From positions 576,001-640,000 of the forward strand of contig CAVZSV010000004.1 in the NCBI GenBank assembly GCA_963778115.1: a DNA stretch of 64,000 bases, given 5' to 3'. Shown here piece after piece: positions 58,283 through 64,000 of this stretch. A program made the translations under genes and the position numbers. The stretch's first letter is position 1. Every line of letters starts with the position of its first letter. This stretch comes from an uncultured delta proteobacterium (GTDB lineage: Bacteria; Bdellovibrionota; FAC87; UBA2466). Below the pieces are notes generated by a model. The model saw only the letters and a list, made by a program, of their open reading frames with translations, did no database searches and was not told the origin of the DNA.

Positions 58283-59710
58283 ATGGACGGGGGGCGCGTT
58301 TTTCTTAGAAGTCAAAAAGAGGAAATGTTATTGAGGTTCTGGAAGCTACAGTGGTTCTCGCGGGTATTCTCAACAAGATTAATTACAACAGTGCTTTACG
58401 GTCTTTCACTCCCGATCTATTCGCCCGTAACTCTTGCCACTCAGGCAGAGACTTACGGACTGGGAGGCTCGACGACGTCACGCGTGAGTGGTGTTACCGC
58501 CGACGATCAAAACCCTTTTGCAGCCCTGTACAACCCGGCCCTTATGGCGGCTCAAAAGAGGTCGCTCTTTTCTCTTTCCTCGTTGGGCTCCCAGAGCAAT
58601 TATTCGACCTTTTCGAATGTTCTAGTCGATAGCGCCAAGTATCGCACGAGGGACGGAGCTCAAAGAGTCGACGATTTCACGATTCCGGGCAGCGATGCCT
58701 CCTTGTGGGCGATCGGATTTACCTACCCCTTTTCGCTTCCCAAGTACCTAGGACGCCGAGCCGGATTGGGCCTTGTTGCTTCGGGCCCCTTTGGAAAACT
58801 CAGAAGTTTTTCCTCAGGAACTCCTTACGAATTTACCCCCTTGCGATACGGGACGGCCGATAGGCAATTTAAAGCTACCGCTTCATTGGGAAGTGAAGTG
58901 ATTCCCGAGCATCTCTATTGGGGAGCCGGCCTCTCCTTTTATATTACCGCGGCAGGGGCCGCTAGCGCCGATATCGTAACGATTAATCCCACCGGGCGAC
59001 TCAATCTCGACGTAGGAATGAATAGCTCGCTAGTAGCGGGGCTCTACGGCAAGAGTAGCCTGTGGGGGTTAAACCAGGCGTGGAGTTTAGTCTTTCACCA
59101 AGCGGCAACTCCGACCTTCGATCAGCGCTTCGACGGAACGGTTCAAGTCGCTGGCGCCTCTATTGTGGTTCCCCTTCTGCTTCATACGGCTCTTTATTAC
59201 GAACCCCAAACCATAGAGAGCGATTGGCAAGTCGACTTTGGATTGCTCGTAGCTTCCATAGGAGTGTCTTACCAACGCTGGTCAAGTTTTGAGCCCTCCT
59301 TTCTAACGATCCAATCCCCTGATGCACAAGGACAGATGCAGTCCACTTCAATTCCCAATATTCCCTTCTCCGATACCCTCAATCCTCGACTCTCGATTGA
59401 CGTTCCACTCATTCGAAATCGCTTTTATGCTTCCACAGGCTACGAGTATCGTCCGAGCCCCATGAAAGATCTTTCGGGGCCGGCCAATCTTGTGGATAGC
59501 AATACTCATGTGCTGGGTTTAGGACTTCGCCTTCGCGTTCCTGACAACGAAGTGATACCGATTCCAGTCACCGTCAGCCTTTACGGCCAGTACCAATGGA
59601 TAGCTTCTCGCCACATTGAAAAGTCCGACCCCACGTATATTGGAAACCCAGGCTACGATTTCAGTGGAAATGCTTATACTTACGGTGTTTCGCTCCAGGC
59701 CGACCTTTAG
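58283..59710 (+). CDS. FadL-like outer-membrane transport protein (start uncertain)
   Basis: ALYNPA motif near N-terminus, beta-barrel pattern. Confidence 0.7.
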   Translation: MDGGRVFLRSQKEEMLLRFWKLQWFSRVFSTRLITTVLYGLSLPIYSPVTLATQAETYGLGGSTTSRVSGVTADDQNPFAALYNPALMAAQKRSLFSLSSLGSQSNYSTFSNVLVDSAKYRTRDGAQRVDDFTIPGSDASLWAIGFTYPFSLPKYLGRRAGLGLVASGPFGKLRSFSSGTPYEFTPLRYGTADRQFKATASLGSEVIPEHLYWGAGLSFYITAAGAASADIVTINPTGRLNLDVGMNSSLVAGLYGKSSLWGLNQAWSLVFHQAATPTFDQRFDGTVQVAGASIVVPLLLHTALYYEPQTIESDWQVDFGLLVASIGVSYQRWSSFEPSFLTIQSPDAQGQMQSTSIPNIPFSDTLNPRLSIDVPLIRNRFYASTGYEYRPSPMKDLSGPANLVDSNTHVLGLGLRLRVPDNEVIPIPVTVSLYGQYQWIASRHIEKSDPTYIGNPGYDFSGNAYTYGVSLQADL

Positions 59711-59779
59711 CCTATCGGCCCCAAGAGGCCTCTTGGACGGCAGATGGACTGCCATGACCTCTTTGGGTATAGTGCCCCC

Positions 59780-60604
59780 ATGAGTTCGTCGACGCAGAGC
59801 AGCCCTAGGAAAATAACGGTAAATCAAATCCGCGAGAGAAAAGCCTCTCAAGGAGCCCAGAAGATCGTCACCATTACCGCTTATGATTACACTTTCGCCA
59901 AACTCGTCGATGAGGCCGTCGATATTGTATTAGTTGGTGATTCGCTTGGAATGGTTATTCAGGGAGAAACCAATACCCTTTCCGTTCGAATCGAAGACAT
60001 CATCTACCACACGCGGGCCGTCGCCCGCGGCCTTTCGCACGCGCATCTAGTAGCCGACATGCCATTCATGACCTACCAAACCGGCAGCAAAGACGCTGTC
60101 AGAAATGCTGGCCGCTTGTTATCCGAAGGACATGCCGAAGCTATAAAGCTTGAAGGGGGAGTTGCGGTGGCAAAGATCGTAAGCAAACTCGTTGATTTTG
60201 GAATTCCTGTAATGGGACATATTGGTCTGACGCCCCAAAGCGTTCATGCTTTTGGCGGATACCGCATTCAGGGAAAGACGGATTCCCAAAAGGAATCTAT
60301 CTTGGAAGACGCCTTGGCGCTGGAAGACGCGGGAGCCTACGCGATAGTTCTCGAAGGAATGCCCGCCGACTTGGCGAAACTTATTACGGAACGAATTAAA
60401 ATTCCCACAATCGGTATTGGGGCTGGAGTTCACTGCGACGGTCAAGTGTTGGTCAGTCAGGATCTGCTAGGAATGAACCCCGACTTCCATCCCAGGTTCG
60501 TGAAACCCTATGCCAATCTCGCCGACACGGTAAAAGGGGCGGTGAAACAGTTCGCTTCCGAGGTACACACGGGGGCATTTCCCGAAGAGAGACATTCGTT
60601 TTGA
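59780..60604 (+). CDS. panB: 3-methyl-2-oxobutanoate hydroxymethyltransferase
   Basis: TAYD, LVGDSLG, DMPF, KLEGG, GHIGLTPQ. Confidence 0.97.
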   Translation: MSSSTQSSPRKITVNQIRERKASQGAQKIVTITAYDYTFAKLVDEAVDIVLVGDSLGMVIQGETNTLSVRIEDIIYHTRAVARGLSHAHLVADMPFMTYQTGSKDAVRNAGRLLSEGHAEAIKLEGGVAVAKIVSKLVDFGIPVMGHIGLTPQSVHAFGGYRIQGKTDSQKESILEDALALEDAGAYAIVLEGMPADLAKLITERIKIPTIGIGAGVHCDGQVLVSQDLLGMNPDFHPRFVKPYANLADTVKGAVKQFASEVHTGAFPEERHSF

Positions 60605-61470
60605 GAATACCTACGATCTCCCAACCAGAGGCCATTCAGGAATTGGCGCTTCATTGGAAGACTATGGGCAAAATCAGTCTAGTTCCCACCATGGGTTGCC
60701 TTCATGAAGGACACTTGGCGCTCGTGCAAATGGCAAAAGAGTTTTCACAAAAGTGTATCGTAAGCATCTTTGTAAATCCTCTTCAGTTCGGACCGAATGA
60801 GGATTATTCGAAATATCCACGGACCCTCGAGGCCGATCTCGACAAACTCTCAGCCATTGGCGTCGATGCCGTGTTTACTCCTCCTGTCGAGGCTTTTTAT
60901 CCTCCGGGCTTTGCTACTCGGGTCACTGTAAGTGGTTTGCCCGATTCTCTTTGCGGAAAATCTCGCCCCGGGCATTTCGCTGGAGTCGCTACCGTCTGTC
61001 TCAAACTATTTGAATCGACCCAAGCAGACGTTGCCGTCTTCGGCGAAAAAGATTTTCAGCAATTGGCCATCATGAAACAACTAACTCGAGATCTAAATCT
61101 GCCGATTAAAATTCTACCGCACCCGATTATTCGAGAGAAGGACGGTGTCGCCATGAGCTCGCGCAATCGTTATCTATCTCAACAAGAGCGCCAATGGGCC
61201 AGACAGATTCCTCAGTCACTTTCTGAGGCCCAAGAGTTAGCTTGGGTTTCCGAAAAAATCACCGCTGGTGAAATGAAGCACCGAGTGCAAGCCACCCTGA
61301 CGGCTGCTCCGCTTGTCATTGATTACATCGAAGTGGCCTCTTCGCTCGACCTAATACCGGTAATCGATACGGTGCCACTCATGAAAATTAGAGACCCTAG
61401 ACTCTTTGTAGCCGTGAAGGCCGGAGCCACACGTCTTATCGATAATACAGAATTGCGAGGTAACCGGTGA
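60601..61470 (+). CDS. panC: Pantoate--beta-alanine ligase
   Basis: VPTMGCLHEGH, SIFVNPLQF, FGEKDFQQ, SSRN, RLIDN. Confidence 0.97.
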   Translation: MRIPTISQPEAIQELALHWKTMGKISLVPTMGCLHEGHLALVQMAKEFSQKCIVSIFVNPLQFGPNEDYSKYPRTLEADLDKLSAIGVDAVFTPPVEAFYPPGFATRVTVSGLPDSLCGKSRPGHFAGVATVCLKLFESTQADVAVFGEKDFQQLAIMKQLTRDLNLPIKILPHPIIREKDGVAMSSRNRYLSQQERQWARQIPQSLSEAQELAWVSEKITAGEMKHRVQATLTAAPLVIDYIEVASSLDLIPVIDTVPLMKIRDPRLFVAVKAGATRLIDNTELRGNR

Positions 61471-62093
61471 TGAAACGACTTAGAGACGTCTTCCTCACCG
61501 GATTTCTAGTACTAGTCCCGTTACTCGCCACAATACAACTGGTGGTCTGGTTCATTCAGACCCTCGACGCTAACATTCGCAGCGTCTTTCCGACCTCCAT
61601 TCTTCCTTTTGATTTTAAGGGGCTCGGAGTTCTTTTTGTCATTGCACTGATTTTTCTAACGGGATTTTTCGCCCATAATTATATCGGCGAATGGTTAGTA
61701 GGCGTTTTTGATAAAGCCATTCGCAAAGTTACGATTGTCGGCGGCATCTATTCGTCTATTAAGAAGTTTCTTGAAACCATTTTTCATCCGGGCAGTGACC
61801 AATTCCACGGAACGGTCTTAATCGAATTCCCCAGAAAGGGGATCTATTCGGTGGGATTTCGAACCGGAAAGCCCGATCCAAAACTAGTGAAAAAGAATCC
61901 ACAAAAATTATCCAACATTTTTGTTCCCTGCACCCCCAATCCCACTTCAGGGTTCTATCTGCTCGTCCCTGAAGAGGAGCTTATTCCTTTAGATCTCTCG
62001 GTACAGGAGGCTTTTAAGATTATTATCTCCATGGGAATCGTAAGCTCTGAAGATGCAACCAATGTGAAGCAAAATGTGAAGCGACATGACTAG
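61467..62093 (+). CDS. DUF502 domain membrane protein
   Basis: Two TM helices, IEFPR, FVPCTPNPTSGF. Confidence 0.9.
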   Translation: MMKRLRDVFLTGFLVLVPLLATIQLVVWFIQTLDANIRSVFPTSILPFDFKGLGVLFVIALIFLTGFFAHNYIGEWLVGVFDKAIRKVTIVGGIYSSIKKFLETIFHPGSDQFHGTVLIEFPRKGIYSVGFRTGKPDPKLVKKNPQKLSNIFVPCTPNPTSGFYLLVPEEELIPLDLSVQEAFKIIISMGIVSSEDATNVKQNVKRHD

Positions 62094-62550
62094 CGAAGGC
62101 GGAATTAAAATCATCACGGACAATCGCAAGGCGTTTCACAACTATTTTATTGAAGACAGATTCGAAGCGGGAATGGTCCTCAAGGGAACGGAAGTGAAAG
62201 CCCTCCGCGAAGGAAAGGTAAATCTTCGTGACGCCTACGCCATTTTCAAGGGAAGTGAACTTTTTTTGGTGAACTGTCATATTAGTCCGTATGAACAGGG
62301 CAACATCGCAAATCATGATCCGTTAAGAACCCGAAAGTTGTTACTCAATCGTTCCGAGCTCACCAAACTCTGGGGGCAATCGGAAATCAAAGGCTACAAC
62401 CTAATTCCCACCAAGATGTACTTCAAAGCAGGAATCGCTAAAGTGGAGATAGCGCTAGGTAAGAGCAAGAAGGCTTTCGATAAACGACAGACCACGAAAG
62501 ACAAAGAAGAGAAACGCGCTCTCGATAGAGCTCGAAAAAGCAATCGCTGA
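62086..62550 (+). CDS. smpB: SsrA-binding protein
   Basis: NRKAFHNY, EAGMVLKGTEVK, RKLLL, DKR. Confidence 0.97.
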   Translation: MTSEGGIKIITDNRKAFHNYFIEDRFEAGMVLKGTEVKALREGKVNLRDAYAIFKGSELFLVNCHISPYEQGNIANHDPLRTRKLLLNRSELTKLWGQSEIKGYNLIPTKMYFKAGIAKVEIALGKSKKAFDKRQTTKDKEEKRALDRARKSNR

Positions 62551-62560
62551 AAGAAGGAAC

Positions 62561-63136
62561 ATGTCAGCTCAAGAAAGGCGTCCCCCTTCGCTTTGGTTCG
62601 GAACCGCTCTAACGCTATTAATCTTTGTTGCGATTTTTGGATTTCGTTTCTTCACTGGACGAGGAGCCACTCCCCATACGGGCCCCCCTACTATCAAGAA
62701 CGGACTCAAAGAGGTCTTAAGTTGGCCCCGAATGAAAGCCGATGCCTTTGGGTGCAAAATGGAAAAAGAATGGGGAATTCGAGATGCCAAATTTAATTGC
62801 GCTTTGACTCACTACCAAAGTGGGGGCGATCCCTGCAAGAACCCAGAAGCGTACTATGAAGGGCCTAGCCTTCCCGACGATTTTCCGTCCAAACTCCATC
62901 CCCTCTTACAAACCATCCAACTCTCGTGGGAACACGGCGAGCTTCAGGCCGTAAGCCTTTTCTTTAAAGAATCCTTTTCCCGTCCGGAGATGGCGGAGCT
63001 TTTTGGCTACCATATGAGTTCGGACGCGCCGAACATTATGGATTTTTCCACCAAAGGCTGCTCTAAGGAGGGAACCTGTGTGACGCTTCAGGGGTTCGAC
63101 CATGAGGGGGCCGGGGACGTCGACTGTGACGAATAA
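62561..63136 (+). CDS. Hypothetical membrane-anchored protein with six Cys
   Basis: AAGGA RBS, N-terminal TM helix. Confidence 0.7.
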   Translation: MSAQERRPPSLWFGTALTLLIFVAIFGFRFFTGRGATPHTGPPTIKNGLKEVLSWPRMKADAFGCKMEKEWGIRDAKFNCALTHYQSGGDPCKNPEAYYEGPSLPDDFPSKLHPLLQTIQLSWEHGELQAVSLFFKESFSRPEMAELFGYHMSSDAPNIMDFSTKGCSKEGTCVTLQGFDHEGAGDVDCDE

Positions 63137-63235
63137 TTATTTCTCATCTATTTGAAATTTCAGTAAAAATTAGTTGTTTCGTGATTAATATAACGCGCAA
63201 TGCTATAAACTCGCCATTTCTCATGGAGTTCCCCC

Positions 63236-64000
63236 GTGGCATTGGCTGTTCCCATAGTAACGAAAAAAAGTCTCCCTTTTGCGGGGCCGCTGTTTGTATT
63301 GGGCTACTGCATTCTGGCCTCAGCCAAAGCCGTTACGGTGGGCCATATGCTTCAAAGTGTGGATGCTTTCCTGCTCGTCTTTGCAAACTTCCTACTTGCG
63401 ACTACGTTTTTCTGTTTCACGGAAAGAAACCTCTTTAAAAGCGGCAAGCTCGAAGGAGCTTCCAAAGACATCTTATGGCTGAATGTCACGACAACCCTTA
63501 GTTGGATCGGTTTTTACTTTGCCCTAAAAGAACTTGAACCTGCCGTTCAAGGCGCAATCGTCTTAGGATTTGGCCCACTTTTCACCGGCTTTCTGATTAA
63601 GATCTTTCGTCCGAAGGCTCCCGCCACCCGTTGGGAAATAATAGCCGGAATTGGCGTACTTCTCTCCATGATCTTTTTGGGTGTCGTTTCCCTAAACGGA
63701 CAAAGCGCGTTACCGAACCTTTCAGGACACTCTCTTACCGTTGGAGTGATAGCGGCTCTGATCGCGGGACTCGGAGTTTCGGGAAATACCGTCTTTTCCA
63801 AACGACTTTCTGATCGCGGTATGACCGCGAGGCAGATCATGGCAGTTCGCTTCTTCATGCTGCTCGTGATCTCCTTCATCGCCATTCTCATTAGACGACC
63901 CGAATGTTCGCTAGTCTGTTCTTCTCCTTGGCTCGTCTTGGTGATTGCGGGTCTAGGAGTCATTCTCCCTTTATATCTTTTACAAAGAGGCATCGTACTT
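63236..64000 (+). CDS. DMT/EamA-like transporter, runs off window end
   Basis: Open frame from GTG 63236 (not in the ORF track): multiple TM helices, FYFALKELEPA, LYLLQRGI. Confidence 0.75.
   Translation, partial: MALAVPIVTKKSLPFAGPLFVLGYCILASAKAVTVGHMLQSVDAFLLVFANFLLATTFFCFTERNLFKSGKLEGASKDILWLNVTTTLSWIGFYFALKELEPAVQGAIVLGFGPLFTGFLIKIFRPKAPATRWEIIAGIGVLLSMIFLGVVSLNGQSALPNLSGHSLTVGVIAALIAGLGVSGNTVFSKRLSDRGMTARQIMAVRFFMLLVISFIAILIRRPECSLVCSSPWLVLVIAGLGVILPLYLLQRGIVL

Noticed and set aside
59780..61470. panBC without panD
   Set aside because: panD is often located elsewhere or replaced; cannot be judged from one window
62550..63235. tmRNA next to smpB
   Set aside because: Region is occupied by a CDS, and no tRNA-like ssrA termini were found
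63181..63993. Short ORFs listed at the window end
   Set aside because: Alternative frames of a DMT transporter that runs off the window

Overview
A 64 kb gene-dense bacterial chromosomal window. Gene content and promoter motifs suggest a Bdellovibrionota/deltaproteobacterial organism, which is inference only. It is mostly housekeeping and envelope genes: mltG, a PgpH-like HD phosphodiesterase with ybeY, a lolC/E-type permease, class I lysS, a MoxR/Bat operon, rpoZ, rnr, ubiB, pal/cpoB, ctpA, tsaD, rsmA, panBC and smpB. Orphan secreted proteins are interspersed, several behind sigma54-like or sigma28-like promoters. Mobile features: (1) a complete IS4-family (IS50-like) element with 19-bp ends and a 9-bp target duplication, inserted into a ~90-nt palindrome; (2) a REP-associated-type HUH tyrosine transposase (RAYT) bracketed by an inverted GGGGACGGAG motif that recurs 12 kb away. 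The most unusual signal is a set of short intergenic palindromes, several with a tandemly duplicated arm, which appear to sit at local G-rich to C-rich strand-skew switches regardless of gene direction. Also noted: a candidate promoter- and terminator-bounded sRNA, an ALDH lacking its catalytic Cys, a truncated ruvX, a 1.27k-aa Cys-repeat adhesin, and four single-base homopolymer frameshifts that are probably assembly errors. No CRISPR array, rRNA or tRNA was seen. All calls come from manual motif recognition; no database searches were run.
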